From sequence record DRR378314_1251: a DNA stretch of 58,552 nucleotides. One strand, 5' to 3'. Within the stretch, counting starts at the first letter, position 1; each line of letters starts with the position of its first letter. This document shows positions 47,212 to 57,059 of this stretch, in pieces. The notes below the pieces were generated by a model that had not been told where the DNA came from, searched no databases, and saw only the letters and a program-made list of their open reading frames with translations. The translations under genes were made by a program, and so were the position numbers.

Positions 47212-49029
47212 ATGAAACGCATTCGAACATTATCTATCGCCCTCATTGCGGGCCTGGCCCTTGGGGCTTGTGGCGACAAGACCAATTCCGAGGCCCCTGC
47301 TTTGACCTACGAACTGGACGAAGCGACGCGCGTCACATTGGCTGATGGCGAAGTTGTCGGAACACGGGGTCGTGACGATGCTTTCGCTTGGTACGGAATT
47401 CCTTTTGCGGCTCCACCAGTCGGAGACCTGAGGTGGCGTGCGCCTCGCCCGGTCGAGGCATGGGACACGCCACTCGAAGCCACCTTTCCCTTCAACCGCT
47501 GCGCTCAGCTGACCAGCAGTTTTGAGCCCGATCGCGAAGAAGGCGAGCTCGCGGGAAAAGAAGACTGCTTGTATCTGAACGTTTGGGCCCCATCGAATTC
47601 GGACAGTGAGCCCAAGCCGGTCATGGTCTGGATCCACGGCGGCGCCAATGTCTGGGGCTATGCCGGACAATACGAAATGGGTCGCTTGGCTCAATCACAA
47701 GATGTTGTCGTTGTGGGCATCAATTACCGCCTCGCCATGATGGGGTGGTTCGGGCATCCTTCGATCGTGTCGACGGCCGAAACAGATCTCGACCGTTCCA
47801 TGAATTTTGGCACGCTGGACCAGATTGCCGCCCTCGAATGGATACAGAAGAACATCGGCGCGTTTGGTGGAGATCCGAACAACGTAACCGTATTCGGCCA
47901 ATCGGCCGGCGCGTTTAACGTCGCCGCATTGATTTCTTCGCCACTTACCGAAGACCTGTTCCATAAGGCGATCGTCCAGAGCGGCGGGTTTCGCAGTACG
48001 TCCTATCAGGATGCTGTTGATGGCCCCGCCAACGAAGCGCGTCGGCGGGGCGCTGCGTCACAAGAATTTGTCGCTCACTTGGTCGATATGGGCAGTCTCC
48101 CCCCCCAGGACTCCATGAGTCCTGAGGAGTTGGCCACGCGCCTTCGGGCAATGTCGCCCGCTGAGATCTTTGACGCCTACAAGAAGCTCCCCATCGCGGT
48201 AGACGCAGCTGGGTTGATCAATCCGGTCGATATTTCCCACGACGGCGTTGCCTTGCCAGAAGAAGGCATTCGCAATGCCCTCATCAACGGCTCCGAAATG
48301 CGGGATGTGCCCCTGATGGTCGGCACCACGAAGGATGAATTCAAAGGCATAGCGTTCGTCGACAAGGAAATGGTCGGCAATTTCTTCAACATCGCATTCT
48401 GGCCAAAAAACAAGAAAGCCTACACCGCATACGGATACTATCCGAATGCCCTCTGGTCTTATCATGGGGTCGAAGAAGTGGCTGATTACTGGACACGTCA
48501 TCGGTCATCGCCTGTCTACACGTACCGGTTTGATTGGGACGAGCAAGGCAAAGCGTTCACAACGGATGTGAGCTTCCTGGTTGGTGCTTCTCATTCACTC
48601 GAGATCCCATTCGTTATTGGCGGTTTTGATGACAAGGTCGGAGACCCGATGGGCGTGTTTTTCAACAAGAAAAACAGGGCTGGCCGCGAATCGCTATCCG
48701 GAAAAATGATGGAGTACTGGGCGAATTTCGCCTATGAAGGCGCCCCCGGCAAAGGTCGCTCCGGCACATTACCAGAATGGTCCGCCTGGAAACGAGGTGA
48801 TGACACGGACCGACTGATGATCCTTGACACAGAGAAGGATGGCGGCGTCCGAATGATCCACGATATTCCATCAGCCGAGGAATTATTCGAAGCCTTCCAG
48901 GATGACAAGCGCTTTCGCAAGCAGAGTGTGCGATGCAAAACCGCTGATATGGCACTGGAAATCATGAACATCGTTGGCGGTGAAATGGAGCCTTGGGAAG
49001 CCTACCAGGCTGATCATTGCAACTCCTGA
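47212..49029 (+). CDS. Type B carboxylesterase lipoprotein
   Basis: Lipobox LGAC; GIPFAAPPVGDLRW, EDCLYLNVW, WIHGG, GQSAG and GASH motifs; ATG 47212 with GGGGAG RBS. Confidence 0.93.
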   Translation: MKRIRTLSIALIAGLALGACGDKTNSEAPALTYELDEATRVTLADGEVVGTRGRDDAFAWYGIPFAAPPVGDLRWRAPRPVEAWDTPLEATFPFNRCAQLTSSFEPDREEGELAGKEDCLYLNVWAPSNSDSEPKPVMVWIHGGANVWGYAGQYEMGRLAQSQDVVVVGINYRLAMMGWFGHPSIVSTAETDLDRSMNFGTLDQIAALEWIQKNIGAFGGDPNNVTVFGQSAGAFNVAALISSPLTEDLFHKAIVQSGGFRSTSYQDAVDGPANEARRRGAASQEFVAHLVDMGSLPPQDSMSPEELATRLRAMSPAEIFDAYKKLPIAVDAAGLINPVDISHDGVALPEEGIRNALINGSEMRDVPLMVGTTKDEFKGIAFVDKEMVGNFFNIAFWPKNKKAYTAYGYYPNALWSYHGVEEVADYWTRHRSSPVYTYRFDWDEQGKAFTTDVSFLVGASHSLEIPFVIGGFDDKVGDPMGVFFNKKNRAGRESLSGKMMEYWANFAYEGAPGKGRSGTLPEWSAWKRGDDTDRLMILDTEKDGGVRMIHDIPSAEELFEAFQDDKRFRKQSVRCKTADMALEIMNIVGGEMEPWEAYQADHCNS

Positions 49030-49037
49030 CCACGAAA

Positions 49038-49069
49038 CCAGGCTGGAGCGGAATCGCGCTCCAGCCTGG
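49038..49069 (+). terminator. 13-bp perfect hairpin after the esterase gene (terminator or stability element)
   Basis: CCAGGCTGGAGCG-N6-CGCTCCAGCCTGG; no U-tract. Confidence 0.5.
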
Positions 49070-49267
49070 GGCCACCCTCCACATCTCTGCCACACCTGCC
49101 ACACATTACTTAAAAACTCGCCCAAGCCAAAAAGATTGCACTTGACATGTTTTTAGGTTTCGGAGCATCGTCCCCTCACGAAATCAGCTGCTGAACGCAA
49201 CGTCGGACAGCGGATTAGAAAAGATGGGCCAACGGCCCCGCACACGTTGTGCGAAGGGAGGAAAATT

Positions 49268-51928
49268 ATGGGAAACATCCAGCGCAAGCTGTTACTTTCG
49301 TCTGTCGCTCTGGCGAGCACGGGATTCGTCGCGCCTATCGCTATGGCTCAGGACGCGACTGATGCGCCACCTGCGGTCACAGACGAGGCGTCACGTGAAC
49401 TCGACACCGTCACGGTTACCGTTTCTACCGGCACCCTGCTTCGCGGCGTCAGCCCCGTTGGCGCCAACGTGCTCAGCATCGACCAGGAAGCCATTGCCGA
49501 GATCGCACCGGCATCTTCCATCGACCTGCTGGCCCGCGTTCCGCAGGTGACGAACACCTTCAATACGCTGCCAACCGCACTAGGCAATGTCGGCGTACCA
49601 TTCCCGCGACCCAACATCCGAAATCTTGGAAACGCCGGGTCAGACACTACACTGACGCTTCTCAATGGCCACCGGCTGGTCGGCTCAGGCGCGCTACAAT
49701 CTGCGCCAGATGTCACAACGATTGCACCAGAAGTTCTGGGCCGCCTGGAAGTTGTCGCGAATGGTGGGTCGGCCACCTATGGTTCTGACGCTGTCGGCGG
49801 CGTGATCAACTTCATCACACGAAACGAGATTGACGGTATTGAAGCCAGCTACCGGCACGGTTTCGGCGACAAGTACAAATCCTCTGACGCCTCTCTCTCA
49901 CTCGGTAAGGTATGGGAGTCAGGTGATGCGTACATCACGCTCAACCATACGAATAATGATGAAGTATACGGTCGAGATCGCGACTATGTTCAGCAGGACC
50001 ATACGTCTCGCGGTGGCGATGACTTCCGTGTTTTGAATTGTTCGCCCGGACATATTACGCTTGGCGACATCAATTTCTTTCTGCCAAACCGCCTGCCGGG
50101 CGAGAACCGTTGCGCTGAGACTGACTTCACGACCCTGTATCCCGAACAGGAAAACACACGTGCTTTCGCCAACCTCACCCAGTCATTTGGTGAGTCTCTC
50201 GTATTCGACGTTACGGCTTATTACTCAGACCGCGAAGTCACCAACCAAGGTGGAGGACTGCTTCTGGGAACAGGCCTCAGCGGCAGCGGCCTGATTACCG
50301 CAGCCAACCCGTTTTTCCAGACCATTGTAGGAGAGCCCGCCCACCAGGTTAGCTTCAGTTATGACGAAGTCTTTGGGACTAATACGGAAGAATTCACGAC
50401 AAACCTGAGTGCATGGGGGATTACGCCCAAACTTTCCTGGAAGATCAATAATTCCTGGAATCTAACCTCGTCACTGAATTACGGTAAGAGCGACAATGAG
50501 ATCCTCGAACCCAAGATCAACCCGGCGCTTCAAGCCGCAGCGCTGGCTTCCTCAAACCCACTAACTGCGCTGAACCCCTATGATCTCAGCCAAACAAATC
50601 CGGCAGTTCTCGCAGCTTTGCGTGACTACACAACGGGCGGCGTTTCAGAACAGGAATTGTTCCAGATCCGGTCCGTATTGGACGGCGATGCGTTCGAATT
50701 GCCGGCCGGAACCGTCAAGCTGGCAGTGGGCGCGGAATACACCGAGGAATCTCTGGACGCCGCAATCCTGGAAGGAACACGCAGTGATCCAACGCGCTAT
50801 GAAGCAAACCCTTCTCGCGAGATCACCTCCTTCTTCGGAGAAGTTCTGGTTCCGATCCTGTCTGAAGACTCCGGCACCGGTAGCCTTGAGGTGTCCTTGG
50901 CAGCCCGTCACGACTCCTACAGTGATGCGGGTGACACGACAAATCCGCAAGTCGGTTTCAACTACAAGCCAATTGAGGATCTGACCATTCGCGGATCCGT
51001 CGGCACATCGTTCAATGCGCCTTCGCTAAACGACTCTGTCGGCGGGGCAGATCTGCGCTATCAAATCATTCCGGTCAGCCCGGTACGCGCCCCGGACTCG
51101 CTGCCGACCGACCTGTTCCGTCCCACGGTCGTGGTCGCTGGGTCAAATCCTGACATAAAGCCTCAGGAAGCTGACACGATGACCATCGGTTTCGACTGGG
51201 CCCCTTCAAGCGGCGCATTTGAGGGATGGCGCACAAGCCTGACCTACTACAAGGTGGACTTCAAGAACCAGATCGCTGTGCCGCCTATTCTTGAGCCAGC
51301 ATTCTTCCTGACGCCGGCCTATGATAGCTTGTACGATATCAATCCGACACTTGAGCAGGTGCTGGCACGTGCGGGCGACCTTCGGGTCGAAGGGCTGCCG
51401 AACATCGCCACCGTGTTCGCAACATCTTCTCCATACGTCGTTCTGGACGCGCGCCGAATTAATCTCGGTTCAGTCGAAACTGATGGCCTTGATTTCGAAG
51501 TCAGCTACTTGCACCCGACCGACATGGGCGCCTTCTATTCCAGCCTCGGCGGAACCTATGCGCTCAATCGCGATGTTACCCCCTTCGAAGGCGCATCTGC
51601 CTCCGATGGACTGGAATTTGGCGTCAGTCGGCTGAAAGCTGTTGCCACGTTCGGCTGGCATGCAGACCGCTTTGATACGACCGTCCGCATCAATCATAAC
51701 TCCGGATACGACGCAAACCCGACAGCTAGCGTGGACGGCTTCACGACTGTCAACTACTATGCTGGCTACGATTTGCCGACGCCGGACTATGTCGACGAAC
51801 TCAAACTGACGCTGAATGTCGACAATCTCATCGACGAAGATCCACCATTCTTCGCGGATGGTGATGGCTTCGCGAACGGGTCCACCCTCGGTCGCGTTAT
51901 CTATCTCGGCCTGAAAGCAAAGTTCTAA
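49268..51928 (+). CDS. TonB-dependent receptor
   Basis: Signal peptide, DTVTVT TonB box, TLTLLNGHR, YGSDAVGGVINFIT, C-terminal Phe; GGGAGG RBS. Confidence 0.95.
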   Translation: MGNIQRKLLLSSVALASTGFVAPIAMAQDATDAPPAVTDEASRELDTVTVTVSTGTLLRGVSPVGANVLSIDQEAIAEIAPASSIDLLARVPQVTNTFNTLPTALGNVGVPFPRPNIRNLGNAGSDTTLTLLNGHRLVGSGALQSAPDVTTIAPEVLGRLEVVANGGSATYGSDAVGGVINFITRNEIDGIEASYRHGFGDKYKSSDASLSLGKVWESGDAYITLNHTNNDEVYGRDRDYVQQDHTSRGGDDFRVLNCSPGHITLGDINFFLPNRLPGENRCAETDFTTLYPEQENTRAFANLTQSFGESLVFDVTAYYSDREVTNQGGGLLLGTGLSGSGLITAANPFFQTIVGEPAHQVSFSYDEVFGTNTEEFTTNLSAWGITPKLSWKINNSWNLTSSLNYGKSDNEILEPKINPALQAAALASSNPLTALNPYDLSQTNPAVLAALRDYTTGGVSEQELFQIRSVLDGDAFELPAGTVKLAVGAEYTEESLDAAILEGTRSDPTRYEANPSREITSFFGEVLVPILSEDSGTGSLEVSLAARHDSYSDAGDTTNPQVGFNYKPIEDLTIRGSVGTSFNAPSLNDSVGGADLRYQIIPVSPVRAPDSLPTDLFRPTVVVAGSNPDIKPQEADTMTIGFDWAPSSGAFEGWRTSLTYYKVDFKNQIAVPPILEPAFFLTPAYDSLYDINPTLEQVLARAGDLRVEGLPNIATVFATSSPYVVLDARRINLGSVETDGLDFEVSYLHPTDMGAFYSSLGGTYALNRDVTPFEGASASDGLEFGVSRLKAVATFGWHADRFDTTVRINHNSGYDANPTASVDGFTTVNYYAGYDLPTPDYVDELKLTLNVDNLIDEDPPFFADGDGFANGSTLGRVIYLGLKAKF

Positions 51929-52061
51929 TCGGTCCCAAATGGAGAAAGGCAGTCAAATCTCCAAAACTTGACGGAGTTTGCGTCCATACCGGATGCAAAC
52001 TCCCTTTTTTCCGTCACCCCATCTCCAGTTACGTCCTCCCACAAACATCAAGGAGCTTCCC

Positions 52062-54170
52062 TTGAGCGACACCCCCCCAAACTACGCCCCCCGGAAAGGC
52101 CTCAGCGAGGCTGAAATTCGGGAGATGGTTGAAGGCGTCATCAAGGACGCAACCCTCGAAGAAAAAGTCGCCATGATGTCTGGACGGGGATTCATGGAGT
52201 CCATGCAACGAACCAATAATCGCTGGGGCGCAGAACCTTACCAGGCAGGTGGCGGATGCGAACGGCTGGGCGCACCAGCCTTTTACTTCACAGATGGCCC
52301 TCGCGGCGTAGCCCGCGGCAATTCAACGTGTTTCCCCACAACGATGGCCCGCGGCGCAAGTTGGGACTGCGACCTGGAACAACGCATTGGCGAGGCAATG
52401 GGCAAGGAAATCCGCGCCCAGGATTGCAATCTTTCCGGCGCGGTGTGCATCAATCTGCTGCGCCATCCGGGATGGGGCCGCGCGCAGGAAACCTATGGGG
52501 AAGACCCTTATCATCTCGGTGAGATGGGGGCAGCATTGTCCACAGGTATCCAGACCCACAATGTCGCCGCAACGGTCAAACATTTCGCTGTAAATTCAAT
52601 CGAGAACTCGCGTTTCAAGGTCGATGTCAAAGTCGATGACCGGACGTTGCGCGAAGTCTACTTGCCCCATTTTAAACGCGTACTCGACTCCGGCTGCGCA
52701 ACTGTGATGAGTGCGTACAACAAGATGAATGGTGAGTATTGCGGCCAGAATCACGACCTGCTCACAAACATCCTGCGCGGTGAATGGGGTTTTGAAGGCT
52801 TCGTCCACTCAGACTGGATTTTCGGCGTATACAAACCTTATGGAGCGGCTGCGGGGCTCGACGTAGAAAACCCGGAGCCGATCTATTTCGGGCAAAACCT
52901 CATCAAGTCTGTCAAGAAAGGCGCGGTCGCACCGAGTGTAATCGACACGGCCTGTCGGCGAATCCTGACCACCGCCTACAAACTTCTAGCGGCTGAAGAT
53001 CCATTTGAAGCCTACACGATTGATATGGTGGCAAATGAGGAGCATGTAGCGCTAGCGCGAGAAGCAGCTGAAAAATCTGCTGTGCTTCTGACCAATAATG
53101 GCGTCCTGCCTCTCAGGAAATCCAGCAACGTCTCGGTTTTCGGTAGCTTGGCGACAATCGCCAATACGGGGGATCACGGTTCCTCCACGGTCAGGCCGCC
53201 TCATGTGGTTACGCCCCTTCAAGGTCTTTCCACATATGTCGGACGCGACCTGACTTTGGCCGGCGACGAAACCGATCTCGAACAAGCTGCCGCCGCAGCG
53301 CGGGATGCCGAGATCGCAATCGTTATTGTCGGCACCACTGCAGATGACGAAGGCGAGTACATCCCAGGAAATCTGAGTACGCAATCCGAAACATCGGAAG
53401 AAAAGTCCGCCGAAAACGCCGGACCTCTCGGGAGCGGCAAGGACCGCGGTGGAGACCGACGCAAACTACGCCTGCCCGACCATCAGCAAGCGCTTGTTGA
53501 CACGGTCACCGAGAATAACCCGAACACAATCGTCGTGCTTGTTTGCGGATCGGCAATCATTTGTGATTGGGCCGATAAGGCGGGAGCCATCTTGCAAACT
53601 TTCTATGCGGGTATGGAAGGCGGCACTGCACTGGCAAACCTCCTTTATGGCGAAGTAAATCCCTCCGGAAAGCTGCCCTTCTCTGTTGCGTATTCAGAAG
53701 CCGATTACCCGTTCTTTGATCCAGATGCTGATGAGATCGAATACGGCCCACTCCACGGATATACGCTTCTTGAGAGCACGGAAACCGAGCCGATGTTCCG
53801 GTTCGGCCATGGCTTGTCGTACACACAGTTCAGTTACCGCGCCCTGAAGGCTCACACTACGGCGGAAGGGATCGATGCCGAAGTCACGTTGGTCAACACG
53901 GGCGACACCGCCGGAACAGAAATTTCTCAGCTCTACATCGGCTTCCCGGGGGATCTGGTTTATCGCCCGAACAAATTGTTGCGCGGCTTTGAACGTATTA
54001 CCCTTGCCCCCGGCGCGCGAAAGACAATCCGTTTCCACGTGCCGCTGGAACAGTTGAAATACTATGATACCAGCACTGGCAATTGGCGGATCGAGCCGGG
54101 CACGCACACGATCCATGTCGGCGGAACCAGCGATCCGGCAGCTCTGTTGAATGCCAGCGTGACGATATGA
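52062..54170 (+). CDS. Second GH3 beta-glucosidase-like enzyme without signal peptide
   Basis: Same GH3 motifs (DGPRG, KHFAVN, HSDW, FGHGLSYT); TTG start with AAGGAG RBS. Confidence 0.93.
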   Translation: MSDTPPNYAPRKGLSEAEIREMVEGVIKDATLEEKVAMMSGRGFMESMQRTNNRWGAEPYQAGGGCERLGAPAFYFTDGPRGVARGNSTCFPTTMARGASWDCDLEQRIGEAMGKEIRAQDCNLSGAVCINLLRHPGWGRAQETYGEDPYHLGEMGAALSTGIQTHNVAATVKHFAVNSIENSRFKVDVKVDDRTLREVYLPHFKRVLDSGCATVMSAYNKMNGEYCGQNHDLLTNILRGEWGFEGFVHSDWIFGVYKPYGAAAGLDVENPEPIYFGQNLIKSVKKGAVAPSVIDTACRRILTTAYKLLAAEDPFEAYTIDMVANEEHVALAREAAEKSAVLLTNNGVLPLRKSSNVSVFGSLATIANTGDHGSSTVRPPHVVTPLQGLSTYVGRDLTLAGDETDLEQAAAAARDAEIAIVIVGTTADDEGEYIPGNLSTQSETSEEKSAENAGPLGSGKDRGGDRRKLRLPDHQQALVDTVTENNPNTIVVLVCGSAIICDWADKAGAILQTFYAGMEGGTALANLLYGEVNPSGKLPFSVAYSEADYPFFDPDADEIEYGPLHGYTLLESTETEPMFRFGHGLSYTQFSYRALKAHTTAEGIDAEVTLVNTGDTAGTEISQLYIGFPGDLVYRPNKLLRGFERITLAPGARKTIRFHVPLEQLKYYDTSTGNWRIEPGTHTIHVGGTSDPAALLNASVTI

Positions 54171-54256
54171 TTTCGAGGGCTAGCCTGAGAACGTGGCTCA
54201 AACGGGTTGGGCTTGCTCCACTGCTGATCGACATTGACCCTTCCTGACCGCCAATC

Positions 54257-55453
54257 CTACGGCCGCCAAAGCAAGCCTTCGAGCGCGACAGCGATGTTCG
54301 TACGGTTGCCGTCTGCCAAGGCCTGAGGAAGCAAATCATTCACCCTGTCCAATTGCCGATTGAGTGTATTTCGGTGAATGCCAAGCTGGTCGGCCGTATA
54401 CGCCGCATTACAGCCCTGTTTCAGATATGTGAGGAGGTTGTGCTTCAAATCCTCCGGCGCCCTGAGCAAGTCTCCGAGGACATCAGACGCAAACCGCTGA
54501 AACGCGCCATCATCCGGGATCAAGACTGTTTGAAGCCTGACCAGATCATGGTCCGCAACGCGTCGCCCATTCCGCGCCCCCGCGAGAATATTGCGCACAA
54601 TGCGCGCAGAGTTTGCACTTTCCAGAAACCCGGCAAACCCCTGCCCCAAACGTCCGATCGCCACCATTACGCCGTCCGGACACTCCGACTCCAGTTCGGC
54701 AGCCTGGATCTGCTTGTCAAAGCAAAGAAATATGGAGCTTTCGCCCTCCTCAACGCGCAGCCCCGGCGCGTGCCCCAGAACCTGTACTATCTGATCTGTC
54801 GCGCGGTTTACCAGGGCGCTATCAGGCTGCACATCCATCGCCCAAATTCGAACAACTGTGTGGCTGCGATCAAAACGATACCCCAGCCTTTGACCAGCGG
54901 AAAACGGATCCCCCAATTTCCCGCTCAATACCTGTTGCAGCACTTCTCGCTGTAAAGCCGGCGCCCCTTTCGCGAGTTCAGCCCGTTCTGCATCGATGAA
55001 TCTCGAGAGGATCGCTAAAGCCGCATCAGTATAGTCACCAATGCTGCGCGCCGAACGATCCAGAACGGCCTGAAGCTCGTGTTTGTCAGATGTCAGGTCA
55101 AAGACGATCCGCATCCAGCGGCGCCAGGTGATATTCTGCGCAACCCGATACCCGTTCAGCGAAATATCAAGTTCTCCCTTGCGCACTTGCTCGCGAATGA
55201 TGGCGTACAATTCCGAAGAGATAACCGGTGTGATCGGCCCGTTCGGATCTGACAGAATGGAATTGGCCCAGTGCATTACGCCAATCAGGTTTTCTCGCCG
55301 GATGACGCTTTCAACGAAGGGCAAATTGTCAGACTCGATAGCGGTGACCACGGCCTTGCCCACCTCATCGCGCCAGGATTGCGGCGCCTTCAGCACACGC
55401 TCTGCGCCTTGTCGCAATAGCTCGTCCACGCGCTCATCGAAACTGTTCATCAT
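54257..55453 (-). CDS. PucR/CdaR family transcriptional regulator
   Basis: C-terminal HTH NAAYTADQLGIHRNTLNRQL; divergent from the monooxygenase. Confidence 0.88.
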   Translation of the reverse strand: MMNSFDERVDELLRQGAERVLKAPQSWRDEVGKAVVTAIESDNLPFVESVIRRENLIGVMHWANSILSDPNGPITPVISSELYAIIREQVRKGELDISLNGYRVAQNITWRRWMRIVFDLTSDKHELQAVLDRSARSIGDYTDAALAILSRFIDAERAELAKGAPALQREVLQQVLSGKLGDPFSAGQRLGYRFDRSHTVVRIWAMDVQPDSALVNRATDQIVQVLGHAPGLRVEEGESSIFLCFDKQIQAAELESECPDGVMVAIGRLGQGFAGFLESANSARIVRNILAGARNGRRVADHDLVRLQTVLIPDDGAFQRFASDVLGDLLRAPEDLKHNLLTYLKQGCNAAYTADQLGIHRNTLNRQLDRVNDLLPQALADGNRTNIAVALEGLLWRP

Positions 55454-55479
55454 GCACTCACTATACCCTGAAAAGGTGT

Positions 55480-55491
55480 GATGTGCACATC
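55480..55491. promoter_or_regulatory. Palindrome GATGTGCACATC, candidate operator
   Basis: Perfect 12-bp palindrome nested in GTGTGA...TCACAC between divergent regulator and monooxygenase genes. Confidence 0.45.
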
Positions 55492-55538
55492 CCATTTCAC
55501 ACGGAACTAATGGATCGTGTGGTCTGATGGAGGCCTCT

Positions 55539-57014
55539 ATGCCAATTGAAACCGATCCCGCTTTCTCTGTTGAACCGATTGATGTGCTGATCATAGGGGC
55601 TGGTATCTCTGGAATTGGCTGCGCGTGCTACCTGCAGCGTGAACTGCCCGGCAAGAGCTGGGAAATTGTGGAAGCGCGTGAGACGTTTGGCGGGACCTGG
55701 GACTTGTTCAAATATCCAGGCATCCGCTCGGACTCCGATCTCTACACCTTCTCCTACGACTTCAAACCCTGGACCAGTCCGAACGCCCTCGCATCGGCCG
55801 AGGAGATCATGTCCTATCTCAAGGAAGCCGCCGAAGAGCACAACGTGCTGGAGCGGATCTCCTATAATCGGAAAGTCGTCAGCGCGTCGTGGGAAAGTGA
55901 TGAAGCGTTGTGGACAGTCACAATCGAAAACAGCCAGACCGGCGCGCGCGAGACCCGCAAATGCCGCTGGCTTTTCGGCGCGACCGGTTACTATGACTAT
56001 GACAAAGGCTTCCGACCAGCGTTCGAGGATGAGGATGCCTTTCACGGCCCCAAGATCCACCCTCAATTCTGGCCTGAAGACTTCGACTATTCCGGAAAGC
56101 GCGTTGCCATAATCGGAAGTGGAGCCACCGCGGTCACGCTGGTACCCTCCATGACAGACAAGGCTGCACATGTCGTTCAGGTCCAACGCACCCCGACCTA
56201 TATCATGCCGCGCCCCAGACAGGACAAGGTGGCGCTTTGGTTAAAAAAATGGTTGCCGCCCAAGGTCGCCTATGGGCTGACCCGTTGGAAAAACACGCGC
56301 GTACAGCGCTGGTTCTATCTGTACTGCCAGAAATTCCCTGACCGCGCGCGGCGACTGATCCGCAAGCTGAACCGCCAACACCTGCCAGCTGACTATCCCG
56401 TGGATGTGCATTTCAAGCCACCTTACAATCCGTGGGACCAAAGGCTCTGCGCTGTTCCGGATGCGGACTTCTTCAAGGATATTTCTGCCGGGCGGGCATC
56501 TATCGTGACCGGTCATATTGAACGGTTTACACCTGCCGGAATTCAGATGAAGTCGGGCGAACATGTAGATGCAGATGCGATCATCATTGCGACCGGCCTG
56601 AAGCTAAAGATGATGGGCGGCATCGACTTCACCGTAGACGGAAAACCGGTCGACGTATCTGATCACCTGGTTTTCAAAGGCCTGATGCTCGACGGTATCC
56701 CAAACTACAGTTTCGCGATCGGCTACACCAATTCCTCCTGGACTTTAAAAGTTGGGCTGGTGTGCGGCTATCTCTGCAAACTGCTGAAGGAAATGGACCG
56801 CCAGGGCAAAACAGTCTGCATTCCTCGACGCCCTGAAGGGGAGATCGTTACACGGCCCTTGATGGATTTTGGCGCCGGCTACGTCAAACGCGCGGTCGCT
56901 TCAATGCCGAAACAGGGAGATGATTATCCGTGGGAGATGTCGTCTGACTACACGACAGATATTGCCCTGTTCAAACGGGGCAAGGTGATCGACCCGGCCC
57001 TGGAGCTTTTCTAG
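55539..57014 (+). CDS. Flavin-containing monooxygenase, AlmA/EthA-like Baeyer-Villiger family
   Basis: GAGISG, GGTWDLFKYPGIRSDSD, FHGPKIHPQFWP, GSGATA and YNPWDQRLC motifs; ATG 55539 with GGAGG RBS. Confidence 0.93.
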   Translation: MPIETDPAFSVEPIDVLIIGAGISGIGCACYLQRELPGKSWEIVEARETFGGTWDLFKYPGIRSDSDLYTFSYDFKPWTSPNALASAEEIMSYLKEAAEEHNVLERISYNRKVVSASWESDEALWTVTIENSQTGARETRKCRWLFGATGYYDYDKGFRPAFEDEDAFHGPKIHPQFWPEDFDYSGKRVAIIGSGATAVTLVPSMTDKAAHVVQVQRTPTYIMPRPRQDKVALWLKKWLPPKVAYGLTRWKNTRVQRWFYLYCQKFPDRARRLIRKLNRQHLPADYPVDVHFKPPYNPWDQRLCAVPDADFFKDISAGRASIVTGHIERFTPAGIQMKSGEHVDADAIIIATGLKLKMMGGIDFTVDGKPVDVSDHLVFKGLMLDGIPNYSFAIGYTNSSWTLKVGLVCGYLCKLLKEMDRQGKTVCIPRRPEGEIVTRPLMDFGAGYVKRAVASMPKQGDDYPWEMSSDYTTDIALFKRGKVIDPALELF

Positions 57015-57059
57015 CCATTCCAACCGCCAATCCAGCTCAAGACATTCAGGATACGTCAG

